64,000 nucleotides of DNA from SAR202 cluster bacterium bin16 (lineage in GTDB: Bacteria > Chloroflexota > Dehalococcoidia > Lucifugimonadales > Australimonadaceae), in contig MPMJ01000010.1 of assembly GCA_002238425.1 (NCBI GenBank), positions 4,491 to 68,490 of the forward strand, written 5' to 3'. The notes below the pieces were generated by a model, which saw nothing but the letters and a program-made list of their open reading frames with translations, ran no database searches and was not told the origin of the DNA. Numbering within the stretch: position 1 is the first letter of the stretch; every line of letters begins with the position of its first letter. The position numbers and the translations under genes are program-made. Positions 18,220 through 30,019 of this stretch are shown here, piece after piece.

Positions 18220-18743
18220 GACGGCGAAACGTTCAGCCGCAGCAGCAGGTGGACGCGTCCGGCGAGTGCCGGCACCTGTACCTGACGGGCGAGGCGAAGT
18301 GCGTTCACTGCGGGATGCAGTTCCGGCTCGCGTGGGCGTCGGAGCGGCGCGACCTGGTCAAGCCGACGACGCGCAACTTCATCTTCGCGATCATCGCGGT
18401 CATCCTGCTCGTGCCGGCGCAGGCGTTCCCGATAGGGGGGGCGTCGATACTGGCGTCGGTCTTCCTCGTGATCGCGGTGCTCTTCTTCACGCGGACGCTG
18501 CTGGGCGGGTTTGAGTTGTACGCTCGTCACGGGTTCGTTCCGGGCAAGCTGGGGCCCATCGCGAAGCGGCATCCGATGAACCCGCTGCCGCCGAAGCCGT
18601 ACGTAACGGCGCTGGGGCGCGTTCGCTTTCCGATCGACCTGTCGACGTACCGGCTGTTCGAGGAAGGCGACACGCTGCTGATCGAGCATCTGCGGTGGTC
18701 GCGGTTGCCGGTGGCGATCTACAAGGGTCATCCGGGTGGATAG
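18216..18743 (+). CDS. hypothetical membrane protein with N-terminal Cys cluster and 2 TM helices
   Basis: The ATG at 18216 overlaps the upstream TGA (ATGA). The protein starts MRRRNVQPQQQVDASGECRHLYLTGEAKCVHCG, then has two hydrophobic helices. GC3 is high. I recognise no family. Confidence 0.6.
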   Translation: MRRRNVQPQQQVDASGECRHLYLTGEAKCVHCGMQFRLAWASERRDLVKPTTRNFIFAIIAVILLVPAQAFPIGGASILASVFLVIAVLFFTRTLLGGFELYARHGFVPGKLGPIAKRHPMNPLPPKPYVTALGRVRFPIDLSTYRLFEEGDTLLIEHLRWSRLPVAIYKGHPGG

Positions 18744-18791
18744 GTGTGTCTGGTTGGCTGGTGCGCAGGGCGCATGTCCAACCCCCGCAGT

Positions 18792-18840
18792 CCCCTCACC
18801 GCGCGCTAAAGCGCGTTGCCCTCTTCCCCTTGTAGAGACC
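18792..18840. repeat. intergenic repeat family A copy (CCCTCACCGCGCGCTRAAGCGCG...CTTGYAGRGA)
   Basis: Near-identical to 22102-22158 over the first ~35 nt. It contains the palindrome CGCGCT-RA-AGCGCG. Confidence 0.6.
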
Positions 18841-18982
18841 TTTGCGTAATTGCCTTCAGCGCAGCGCAGCTCTTCCCACCCACCCGCCCCTACGCCCTTC
18901 GGCAGGCTCAGGACAGGCTTGGGGGACACCCCCACACCGCGGCCTACGCCCGTGGCAGAGGGGATTCCCTCTCTGCACTCCC
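18841..18982. repeat. intergenic repeat family B copy (~140 bp)
   Basis: The 96-bp core at 18872-18967 differs at 4 positions from 32905-33000. The flanks are more diverged. Confidence 0.8.
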
Positions 18983-19080
18983 CCCGTCATCCGGCAGTCT
19001 GTGCCGTGGTTCGACAAGCTCACCATGAGCGGTCTATCTCCGAGAGATGCTCAACCTTGAGCGGGATGAGAGTTATGCAA

Positions 19081-19113
19081 GGGTCCCTCGTAGGGAGAGG
19101 GGATGAGGCGGGG
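19081..19113. repeat. inverted family-A-like repeat fragment
   Basis: The reverse complement, CCTCATCCCCTCTCCCTACGAGGGA, resembles the element at 24489-24531. Confidence 0.4.
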
Positions 19114-19136
19114 TTGAAGCGGGTGTCGCGGGGTTG

Positions 19137-19165
19137 TTGGGTGTTGCGCGCGCACCTGCTATAAT
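19137..19165 (+). promoter_or_regulatory. candidate gyrA promoter TTGGGT-17-TATAAT
   Basis: Perfect -10 at 19160-19165, about 100 nt upstream of the gyrA ATG. Confidence 0.3.
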
Positions 19166-19267
19166 GCTAGGGACTATTTCGGCACATCTGGGAGACGGCA
19201 GTCCCCCCGCCCACCACATGTTGTGGTAGTTCGGCGGCCACTCCCCCCATAGCGCGAAAGGAGCCGC

Positions 19268-22087
<2,820 letters not shown>

Positions 22088-22101
22088 GGCTACGCACGGG
22101 T

Positions 22102-22158
22102 ACCCTCACCGCGCGCTGAAGCGCGTAGCCCTCTCCACTTGCAGGGAGAAGGAACCCG
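22102..22158. repeat. intergenic repeat family A copy
   Basis: Sequence is ACCCTCACCGCGCGCTGAAGCGCGTAGCCCTCTCCACTTGCAGGGAGAAGGAACCCGG. It lies between convergent gyrA and the PTE-family gene. Confidence 0.6.
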
Positions 22159-22165
22159 GAAGGGC

Positions 22166-23236
22166 CTATGCGAAGGCGAGAACCGTGGCGGGGTTTTCGA
22201 CGGTTATCTCTCGGATGAGGTCTTCCGAGAACCCCTTGCGCAGCATCTTGGGGACGATGTTCTCGAGGATGTGGCCGTAGCCGTGTCCGCCGTACCGCAC
22301 GAGCCGGTGCTTCGTGCAGATGTCGTGGCCGACAACGATCTTGTGGGAGTAGCCGGCGTCGGCGATTCGCTTGATGAAGCCCAGCCGCTGAGCGTCGCTG
22401 GGCATATCGAGCTCGGCGAGGGGGTAGTACGACCCCTCGTTGCCGAACAGGTCCCATTCAAGGTAGCAGCCTGACGCGGCGAGACTCAGAAGCGCATCGA
22501 AATCGAACACGGTGCGGTCCAGATGTCCCATGATCACCCGGGACAGGTCCGCTCCGCTGTTCGCCAGTGTCTCCAGGATCTCCGAAGGCGCATCCGGGTT
22601 CCGTCCCGGGTGGATCGATATCGGCGCGCCCGTTTCACGTTGGGCGAGCGCCGCAGCGGTGAGCGACTTGCGCTCGTTCGGGGCCAACGGCCACGTGCAG
22701 CCGATCTCCCCGATGATGCCCGCCCTTATGCCGCTGTCGTCGACGCCTTCAACGACGTCGACGATGATCTCCCGCGCCAGGTCATCCTCGGTGCGATCGT
22801 CCATGTCTTCCGGATGGACGGCAGCCACGTAATGGCCGGAGCCCATGACGACGTGCACACCAGCCCCTCGAGATATCTGCGCCAGCGCGTGCGGGTTGCG
22901 CCCGATCCCCCTCGAGGTAGCGTCCACCATCGCACCGCCGCCAACGTCACTGAACCTGGTGACCTCTCCTATTGTCTCGTCGAGGTCCATCAAGTGCAGA
23001 TTGAAGCGGTTGCTGTAGTAGTTGCGGCGAATCCACCCGAGGTTCTCCAGCGCGATGCACGCGTCTGCGAGTTCCGGGCGCGGCGAGTCCTGAGCCGGGC
23101 GAAACATGAAGGAGAAGTCGATGTAGAGGTGTTCATGGGTCGTGGTGGCGCCCAGTTCCGATGGAGGCACCGGACCCAGCACAGTCTGGACCAAGCCTTG
23201 ATTCTGCCCTGATGGCATCGCCGTGCTCCCTGCCAT
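22166..23236 (-). CDS. phosphotriesterase-related (PTE/Php family) metal hydrolase
   Basis: 356 aa. It has LGATTTHEHLYIDFS (HxH metal motif) and TIM-barrel amidohydrolase-like spacing. Confidence 0.85.
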   Translation of the reverse strand: MAGSTAMPSGQNQGLVQTVLGPVPPSELGATTTHEHLYIDFSFMFRPAQDSPRPELADACIALENLGWIRRNYYSNRFNLHLMDLDETIGEVTRFSDVGGGAMVDATSRGIGRNPHALAQISRGAGVHVVMGSGHYVAAVHPEDMDDRTEDDLAREIIVDVVEGVDDSGIRAGIIGEIGCTWPLAPNERKSLTAAALAQRETGAPISIHPGRNPDAPSEILETLANSGADLSRVIMGHLDRTVFDFDALLSLAASGCYLEWDLFGNEGSYYPLAELDMPSDAQRLGFIKRIADAGYSHKIVVGHDICTKHRLVRYGGHGYGHILENIVPKMLRKGFSEDLIREITVENPATVLAFA

Positions 23237-23291
23237 ATGCTGATGCGCGAGTGTAGCAGTACGCGTTCAGGGGCGTAAGGAGACACGCGAG

Positions 23292-24425
23292 ATGAAGTTC
23301 GCAGCGTTCACCACCGTGGCAGGGTCTGCCGGGGAAGCCACCAACTCCGAGGAGATGGTCGACAACCTCAGGCAGCAGACCATCCTGGCCGAGGAACTCG
23401 GCTTCGAGGCGATATGGCTCGGAGAGCACCACTTCGGCCCCTATGGCGTAGGCGATCTGCCCAACCCGGTCCTGCTCGGGGCAGACCTCGCAGCGCGAAC
23501 GTCCAGGATCCGGATCGGGCAGATGGCGAACATCGCCCCGCACTGGCATCCCATCCGGCTCGCCGAAGACCTCGCGATACTGGACAACATGTCCGGGGGG
23601 CGCCTGGAAGTTGGCTTCGGCAGAGGCATATGGCCATACGAGGGCCCGCAGTTCCATCCCAACGCGGACCCTCGGAAGGACAGCGAGAACAGGGAGCTGT
23701 TCCAGGAGACGGTGGAGATAGTGCGGGAGATATGGGCCAATGAGTACTTCGAATACCACGGGACCAACTACAGTTTCCCTGCCGAGGGCACAGAGTTCTC
23801 CCATCCGAAGTATCCGTCGAACCCCGCCTGGCAGGACGGAGACAAGGTAACGAAGCTCCGGGTGACGCCGAAGCCCCTCCAGAAACCGCACCCCCCGCTG
23901 TGGATGACCGTCTCCACCGACCGCTCCGTAACAACCGCTGCCGAACTCGGACTGAAGGCATGTTACTGGCAGCCTCCTCCGCTCAGGATCAAGCAGCGGA
24001 TGGAACTCTACGCGCAGGTCCGGACCGAACGTGATGGGCGACCATTCAGCCTGGGGGAAGACCAGGCTGTCATGCGTTCCACGTACGTTGCATCGTCGAT
24101 GGAGGAGGCACGCCGCGACGCCGAAGAGGGCATCATGTCCTCCTTCATCTTCAACGATCCCTTCCGCGGGAGGCAGGTCTTCACGAACCCGGACGAGGAA
24201 CTGGACCCCAGCGTGAACCTGGACTGGGACTTCCTGGAGCCGCGCACCCTGCTCGTCGGCTCTCCCGAGCACGTGGTGGAGAGGCTCCAGGAGCTGCAGG
24301 AGGTATGCCACCTGGACTACCTCCTCGTCGAGTTCACGCACAGGGGGATCCCATTGGGGAAGACGCTGAAGAACCTGGAGACGTTTGCGACGAAGGTGAT
24401 GCCACGATTCGTCAGCGGCGGTTGA
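23292..24425 (+). CDS. LLM-class (luciferase-like) flavin-dependent oxidoreductase
   Basis: 377 aa. It has EELGFEAIWLGEHHFGPYG, and an AAGGAG SD lies upstream. Confidence 0.85.
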   Translation: MKFAAFTTVAGSAGEATNSEEMVDNLRQQTILAEELGFEAIWLGEHHFGPYGVGDLPNPVLLGADLAARTSRIRIGQMANIAPHWHPIRLAEDLAILDNMSGGRLEVGFGRGIWPYEGPQFHPNADPRKDSENRELFQETVEIVREIWANEYFEYHGTNYSFPAEGTEFSHPKYPSNPAWQDGDKVTKLRVTPKPLQKPHPPLWMTVSTDRSVTTAAELGLKACYWQPPPLRIKQRMELYAQVRTERDGRPFSLGEDQAVMRSTYVASSMEEARRDAEEGIMSSFIFNDPFRGRQVFTNPDEELDPSVNLDWDFLEPRTLLVGSPEHVVERLQELQEVCHLDYLLVEFTHRGIPLGKTLKNLETFATKVMPRFVSGG

Positions 24426-24488
24426 GTCTGCGGCGTGGCCGAGGACGCGGACACAGGCGATGGCGCCATCGTAGCCCTACCCTGGGTT

Positions 24489-24531
24489 CCCTCATCCTTC
24501 CTCTCTGCCCTTGTAGGGAGAGGGGAACCGG
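24489..24531. repeat. intergenic repeat family A-related copy
   Basis: CCCTCATCCTTCCTCTCTGCCCTTGTAGGGAGAGGGGAACCGG shares both ends with the copy at 22102-22158. Confidence 0.5.
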
Positions 24532-24564
24532 ACTCCCACTCACCGTGAACGCCGGGGGATAGCC

Positions 24565-24572
24565 TGTATAAT
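24565..24572 (+). promoter_or_regulatory. extended -10 TGTATAAT upstream of thrB
   Basis: Perfect TATAAT with an upstream TG, 34 nt before the ATG at 24606. Confidence 0.3.
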
Positions 24573-24605
24573 CGCTGGGCAGCCGGAAACGGCGCGCTGC
24601 CTTCC

Positions 24606-25535
24606 ATGTCAGACGTACTCACCATCCGCGTTCCCGCGACCACAGCGAACCTCGGGCCAGGCTTCGATTGCCTCGGCATGGCGCTGTCGCTGTGGAACAC
24701 GATGCGCGTGGGGTGGGCCGACAAGCCCACGATAACCCTGCACGGACTGGGCGCGGAGCACCTGCGGCGCGACCCCGGCAACCTCATGTACCGCTCCGCG
24801 GAACGCGTGCTGGTGGAGACCGGCAACGCCGGGAGCAGCCTTTCGATAGAGGCGTGGCAGGAGATACCGCTCAGCAGGGGGCTCGGCAGCAGTTCGGCGG
24901 CCATCGTGGGCGGCCTCTACGCCGCGAACGCGCTGCTCGGCTACCCGCTGTCGCCGCACCGGCTGCTCGAACTGGCGACGGAGATAGAGGGGCACCCGGA
25001 CAACGTGGCGCCCGCGCTCATGGGCGGCATGAGCATCGTCGTCGCGGACGGCGCGACGGTGCATGCGGCGCCGGTGCCGGTCCCGAAGGACCTGCAGTGC
25101 GTCGTCTACATCCCGGACATGCCGATGGCGACGCACGAGGCGCGGGGAGTACTCGGCTCCGAGGTGCCGCGCGCGGACGCCGTGTTCAACGCTGGGCGCA
25201 CTGCCCTGCTCGTGGCGAGCCTCACGCTGGACCGGCCGGAGTACCTCCGGCTCGCGACGCAGGACAGGCTGCACCAGCCGCAGCGCCAGGGGGTGTACCG
25301 GCAGATGAAGGTGATCTTCGACCACGCGCTTGCCGCGGGCGCTCGGGGGGTGTTCCTCTCCGGCGCGGGTTCGTCAGTGGTCGCGTTCACCAAACAGGGC
25401 GAGAACCGGGCGTTCACTATCGGCTACGAGATGGCGGACGCGGGCGACAAGTCCGGCCTCATCGGCACCTTCCAGGTGCTGAAGCCTGCATGGGGCGGCG
25501 CGGAAGTGATACCGCACCCGAAGGGGCTGGAGTAG
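24606..25535 (+). CDS. thrB: homoserine kinase
   Basis: MSDVLTIRVPATTANLGPGFDCLGMAL plus the GHMP kinase motif GLGSSSAA. Confidence 0.9.
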   Translation: MSDVLTIRVPATTANLGPGFDCLGMALSLWNTMRVGWADKPTITLHGLGAEHLRRDPGNLMYRSAERVLVETGNAGSSLSIEAWQEIPLSRGLGSSSAAIVGGLYAANALLGYPLSPHRLLELATEIEGHPDNVAPALMGGMSIVVADGATVHAAPVPVPKDLQCVVYIPDMPMATHEARGVLGSEVPRADAVFNAGRTALLVASLTLDRPEYLRLATQDRLHQPQRQGVYRQMKVIFDHALAAGARGVFLSGAGSSVVAFTKQGENRAFTIGYEMADAGDKSGLIGTFQVLKPAWGGAEVIPHPKGLE

Positions 25536-26777
25536 ATGGCAGTCCTCGTCCAGAAATACGGCGGCACGTCCGTCGGCGACGCGGAGAAGATACGCCACGT
25601 CGCAGGACGCATTGCGGCGGCGCGGCGCGCCGGCAACAGCATCGCGGTCGTGGTCTCGGCGATGGGGGACACGACCGACCGGCTCATCGAACTCGCAGAG
25701 TCCGTCAGCGGCGCGCCCGACCCGCGCGAGCTGGACGTGCTGCTCTCCACCGGGGAGCTGGTCTCCTGCACGCTCGTCACGATGGCGCTCCGGGAGATCG
25801 GCGAAGAGGCCGTCAGCATGAGCGGGGCGCAGGCGGGCATACGCACGGACACGGCGCACGGGAGCGCCTCCATCGTCGAGTTCGACGCGGAGCGCGTGCA
25901 GCAGGCGCTGGACGCGGGGCGCATCGTGATCGTCGCCGGGTTCCAGGGCGTCACACACGAGATGGACGTGACGACGCTGGGTCGCGGCGGGTCGGACACG
26001 ACCGCGGTCGCGCTGGCAGCCGCGCTGGGGGCCGAGCGTTGCGAGGTGTACACGGACGTGGACGGCATCTACACCGCCGATCCGCGCATCGTGCCGGACG
26101 CCCGCAAGCTGTCGGAGATCGGCTACGAGGAGATGCTGGAACTGGCGAGCTACGGGGCGAAGATGCACCCTCGCTCGATAGAACTTGCGGCCTGGTACAA
26201 CACGCCGGTGCTGGTGGCATCGAGCGCGCGGGACGTGCCGGGCACGCTGATCCATGAGGTTGCGCCAACAGAGGCTGGCGTGGAGGGAGAAGGGATGGAA
26301 GTCGCAAATAAAGTGCGGGGAGTCACCTACGAGCGCGGTGTCGCGCGCATCACGCTGCGCGCCGTGCCGGACCGCCCCGGCATCGCCGCCGCGGTGTTCG
26401 AGCCGCTGGCGGAGTCCAACATCAGCGTGGACACCATCGTCCAGAATGCGAGCGCCGAGCGGCTGACCGACCTCTCCTTCACGGTGGACCGAACCGACCT
26501 TCGCGCGGCGCTCGAGGTGACGGAGGGCGTCGCTGGGGCCATCGGCGCGGGCGAGTGCGTCTCGCACGACAACCTGGGACAGGTGAGCATCGTCGGCACG
26601 GGCATGCAGAACGCGCCGGGCGTCGCCGCGGTCATGTTCTCCGCGCTCGCAGAGGCGGGCGTGAACATCGAGATGATCACGACATCGCAGATACGCATCA
26701 CGTGCGTCGTGGACGAGGGACAGGTGAATGACGCCGTGCGGACACTGCACGACGCGTTCGAGCTGGGTGAGGGGTAG
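25536..26777 (+). CDS. lysC: aspartate kinase
   Basis: MAVLVQKYGGTSVGD... with C-terminal ACT-type repeats. The ATG immediately follows the thrB TAG. Confidence 0.9.
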   Translation: MAVLVQKYGGTSVGDAEKIRHVAGRIAAARRAGNSIAVVVSAMGDTTDRLIELAESVSGAPDPRELDVLLSTGELVSCTLVTMALREIGEEAVSMSGAQAGIRTDTAHGSASIVEFDAERVQQALDAGRIVIVAGFQGVTHEMDVTTLGRGGSDTTAVALAAALGAERCEVYTDVDGIYTADPRIVPDARKLSEIGYEEMLELASYGAKMHPRSIELAAWYNTPVLVASSARDVPGTLIHEVAPTEAGVEGEGMEVANKVRGVTYERGVARITLRAVPDRPGIAAAVFEPLAESNISVDTIVQNASAERLTDLSFTVDRTDLRAALEVTEGVAGAIGAGECVSHDNLGQVSIVGTGMQNAPGVAAVMFSALAEAGVNIEMITTSQIRITCVVDEGQVNDAVRTLHDAFELGEG

Positions 26778-26789
26778 AAGGCGGAGGAG

Positions 26790-26984
26790 CTAGGCGGAAA
26801 TCATCCGCTTGTTCTGGACGGTGCGGAGGCAGCGGGTGCAAACCTTCATCCGCTTCGTCTTGCCGCTGATGGTGAGCATCGCGCGCTGGATGTTCGGGAA
26901 GAACCAGCGGTTCGTGTGCCGGTTCGAGTGGCTGACGTTCTTGCCCGCGCGGCGGCGGGCTCCGCATAGTTCACAGCTGGCCAT
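26790..26984 (-). CDS. rpmB: 50S ribosomal protein L28
   Basis: MASCELCGARRRAGKNVSHSNRHTNRWFFPNIQ... I trimmed the track ORF to the internal ATG at 26982-26984. Confidence 0.9.
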   Translation of the reverse strand: MASCELCGARRRAGKNVSHSNRHTNRWFFPNIQRAMLTISGKTKRMKVCTRCLRTVQNKRMISA

Positions 26985-27086
26985 GACGCTCTCTGTCGCC
27001 GGACTGCCCGGCGGGGTTAGAATACGCGCACTCTCAACGAGGCGCAGACGCATAGTTTAGCAAACTCTCGCGCCGCTGGCGAACCC

Positions 27087-28742
27087 ATGAACGAACAGAC
27101 ATCTTCCGCGTTCGACGCGCAGGGCTTCCGTCAACTCGTCCTCGCGGGCGCAGGCTGCTTAGAAGCCAACGCCGACGCCATCAACGCACTCAACGTCTTC
27201 CCGGTGCCGGACGGCGACACCGGCATCAACATGCTGCTGACGCTGCGCGCGGCGACATCCGCCGAATCTCCGGACGCCGCGTCAGCGACCGTGGGCTCGA
27301 TGAGCAGCGCGATCGCGCGCGGGGCGCTGCTCGGCGCTCGCGGCAACAGCGGCGTCATCTTCTCCCAGTTTATGAAGGGACTGGCGGGCGGGCTGGCAGA
27401 CTGCGAACGCGCGGACGGCGCAGCGTTCGCAACGGCGCTGCAGGCAGCGGCGGACGCGGGCTACCAGGCGGTCGGCAACCCGGTCGAGGGCACGATGCTG
27501 AGCGTGATGCGCGCGGCGGCGGAGGCCGTCCACCCGCCGGATGGAACGTCGGATGCGCCGGACGTGCTGCGCACGGCGTACGAGGCGGCGGAGCGCGCGC
27601 TCGCGTACACGCCGGAGCAGCTGCCGGTGCTCAAGCAGGCGGGTGTCGTGGACGCGGGCGGCCAGGGCGTCGTTGCGTTCCTCGCGGGGATGGTGAACTT
27701 CGTGAGCGAGGAACAGATCGTCCTGCGCATCACCGCGCCGGAGGGCGGACTGGAGAGCGCCGCGGCGAACGTGAGCCACGAGTTCCTCGAACACACGGAA
27801 GAGGAGATGTACGGCTACTGCACGCAGTTCGTCGTACAGGGCGAAGGGCTCGACCCGGACGCGGTGCGCGAGCGCGTGATGGTGATGGCGACATCGACGG
27901 TCGTGGTCGGCGACGACCGCGTCGTGCGCATCCACGCACATGCGGAGGACCCGGGTCCGCTGCTGAGCATGGGCGCGGAGCTGGGCGCGCTCGACCAGAT
28001 CAACATCCAGAACATGGACCTGCAGCACCAGGAGTTCATGTCGCTTCACGGCTACGGTGAGGACGAGCCGGAGCAGGCGGAGGCTGTGCCGCTGGCCGTC
28101 ATCCCGGTCGCGCCGGGCGACGGCATCGCGCGGGTCTTCCGCAGCCTCGGTGCGGCGACGACGGTCCCCGGCGGGCAGACGATGAACCCGAGCGCGGCTG
28201 ACATCATCGCCGCAGTGCAGAAGACGAACGCGGCGTTCACCATCGTGCTGCCGAACAACAAGAACATCGTGCTCGCGGCGGAGCAGGCCGCGGAACTCTC
28301 CGACACGCCAATCGCGGTCGTAGCGTCGCGCAACGTCGCGCAGGGTATGGCGGCGATGCTGGCATTCAATCCCGACCTGGACGGCGAGGAGAACGCGGAG
28401 GCGATGCGGGGCGCGCTGAACAGCGTGCGGTCGGGCGAGATCACGACGGCGGTACGCTCGACCACGATAGACGGCGTGGACGTCGAGGAGGGGCAGGCGA
28501 TAGCGATACTCGATGGCAGCCTCGCCGCAGCGGCAGCGAGTCCGAACGACGCGCTCGCCGCGATGCTGGACGCCGCCGAACTCGACGACGGGTCGCTGGT
28601 GACGCTCTTCTACGGCGCGGGGTTGGCCGAGGAGACGGCGGAAGAAGCGGCAGCCGCCATCGGCGCGCGCCCCGGCGGCATCGAGGTAGAAGTACACGAA
28701 GGCGGGCAGCCGCACTATCATTACCTCGTCTCCATCGAATAA
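27087..28742 (+). CDS. DAK2 domain fusion protein (YloV family)
   Basis: 551 aa. It has VFPVPDGDTGINM, and it is divergent from rpmB, the usual synteny. Confidence 0.85.
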   Translation: MNEQTSSAFDAQGFRQLVLAGAGCLEANADAINALNVFPVPDGDTGINMLLTLRAATSAESPDAASATVGSMSSAIARGALLGARGNSGVIFSQFMKGLAGGLADCERADGAAFATALQAAADAGYQAVGNPVEGTMLSVMRAAAEAVHPPDGTSDAPDVLRTAYEAAERALAYTPEQLPVLKQAGVVDAGGQGVVAFLAGMVNFVSEEQIVLRITAPEGGLESAAANVSHEFLEHTEEEMYGYCTQFVVQGEGLDPDAVRERVMVMATSTVVVGDDRVVRIHAHAEDPGPLLSMGAELGALDQINIQNMDLQHQEFMSLHGYGEDEPEQAEAVPLAVIPVAPGDGIARVFRSLGAATTVPGGQTMNPSAADIIAAVQKTNAAFTIVLPNNKNIVLAAEQAAELSDTPIAVVASRNVAQGMAAMLAFNPDLDGEENAEAMRGALNSVRSGEITTAVRSTTIDGVDVEEGQAIAILDGSLAAAAASPNDALAAMLDAAELDDGSLVTLFYGAGLAEETAEEAAAAIGARPGGIEVEVHEGGQPHYHYLVSIE

Positions 28743-28792
28743 CCGGGAGACAGCGTCTCCTGCGAACGGCGGGAACGGCGAAGGAGGACAGC

Positions 28793-29626
28793 ATGGCAGT
28801 CAAGGTCGTAACCGACAGCGCTTCGGACATCCCAACAGAACTCGCCGAGGGGCTCGGTATCTCTGTCGTGCCCTGCACGGTCTTCTTCGGGGCTGAGGCG
28901 TTCAAGGACGGGGTGGAGATCACCAAGGAGGAGTTCTTCAACCGGCTGACCACGGGCAACATCATGCCCACGACGACGCAGCCTTCAGTGGGGGACTTCT
29001 TGGACGTCTACAGGCCGCTTGCCGAGGCAGGCCACGACATCGTGTCGGTGCACGTTTCGGGCAAGCTGAGCGGGACGGTCAACTCGGCGCGCCTCGCAGC
29101 CGAGGAGTTGCCGAACACCACGGTGGAGATAGTGGATACGGAACTGGCGTCGATGGGGGTTGCGCTCGCGGCGAAGGCTGCCGCAGACGCCGCCACCGGG
29201 GGCGCGAACGCGGCCGAGGCTGCGGAGGCCGCCCGCAGCTCGGCGGCCAACACCGAAGTCTTCGTCGTGCCCGACACGCTGGAGTACCTGAAGCGCGGGG
29301 GCCGCATCGGTGGGGCACAGGCGCTGCTGGGCTCCCTGCTCTCCATGAAGCCCATCCTGAAGCTCATGGACGGCGAAGTGCACCCGCACGAGAAGGTCCG
29401 CACCAAGGGCAAGGCGGTGCAGCGTATGCGGGATATCGCCGCGTCCGGAGGTTCGTACCGCGAGGCAGCGGTGATGCATTGGGTCACCGACGAGGAAGCC
29501 AACGCCATGGTTGAGCATCTCGCTGGGTTCACGGCGAACCCTGTCGTCAGCGGTGCGATCGGGGCGTCGATCGGCGCGCATGCGGGTCCCGGCGTCATCG
29601 GCTTCGCGGTGGTGAAAGAGAGCTAG
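28793..29626 (+). CDS. DegV family fatty-acid-binding protein
   Basis: MAVKVVTDSASDIPTELAEGLGISVVP..., 277 aa, downstream of yloV as usual. Confidence 0.9.
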   Translation: MAVKVVTDSASDIPTELAEGLGISVVPCTVFFGAEAFKDGVEITKEEFFNRLTTGNIMPTTTQPSVGDFLDVYRPLAEAGHDIVSVHVSGKLSGTVNSARLAAEELPNTTVEIVDTELASMGVALAAKAAADAATGGANAAEAAEAARSSAANTEVFVVPDTLEYLKRGGRIGGAQALLGSLLSMKPILKLMDGEVHPHEKVRTKGKAVQRMRDIAASGGSYREAAVMHWVTDEEANAMVEHLAGFTANPVVSGAIGASIGAHAGPGVIGFAVVKES

Positions 29627-29644
29627 CCCCGGCGCAGGACAACT

Positions 29645-30019
29645 CTACCCGTCAGGAGCCTCGACCGCGGACTCGATATGCGCGATGTGGGCAGGGCCGT
29701 CGGGTTGGAGCGTGATGGCGACGAGGTCTACTCGCCACGAGGCTCCGGCGAGCCCGCGCTCTGCAAGGTATTGCTCCGCAGCCTTCACGAGCCGCGCCTG
29801 CTTGCGCAGCGTCAGCGACTCCTCCGGCGTGCCGTAGGTCGTGCTGCGTTTCGTGCGTACCTCGACGAACACCGTCTCCTCGCCGTCGCGTGCGACGAGA
29901 TCTACCTCGCCGAAGCGGGTGCGGTAGTTCCGCGTCTCGATGACGAGTCCGAGCGATCCCAGGTGCGCGGCTGCGATGCGCTCACCCTGCGCCCCGAGTT
30001 TCGAGCGTGGGCTAGGCAT
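29645..30019 (-). CDS. yraN: YraN family (UPF0102) endonuclease-like protein
   Basis: I trimmed the ORF to the ATG at 30017-30019. The protein starts MPSPRSKLGAQGERIAAAHLGSLGLVIETRNYRTRFGEVDLVARDGEETVFVEVRT. It overlaps the rnhB end by 8 nt. Confidence 0.8.
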   Translation of the reverse strand: MPSPRSKLGAQGERIAAAHLGSLGLVIETRNYRTRFGEVDLVARDGEETVFVEVRTKRSTTYGTPEESLTLRKQARLVKAAEQYLAERGLAGASWRVDLVAITLQPDGPAHIAHIESAVEAPDG

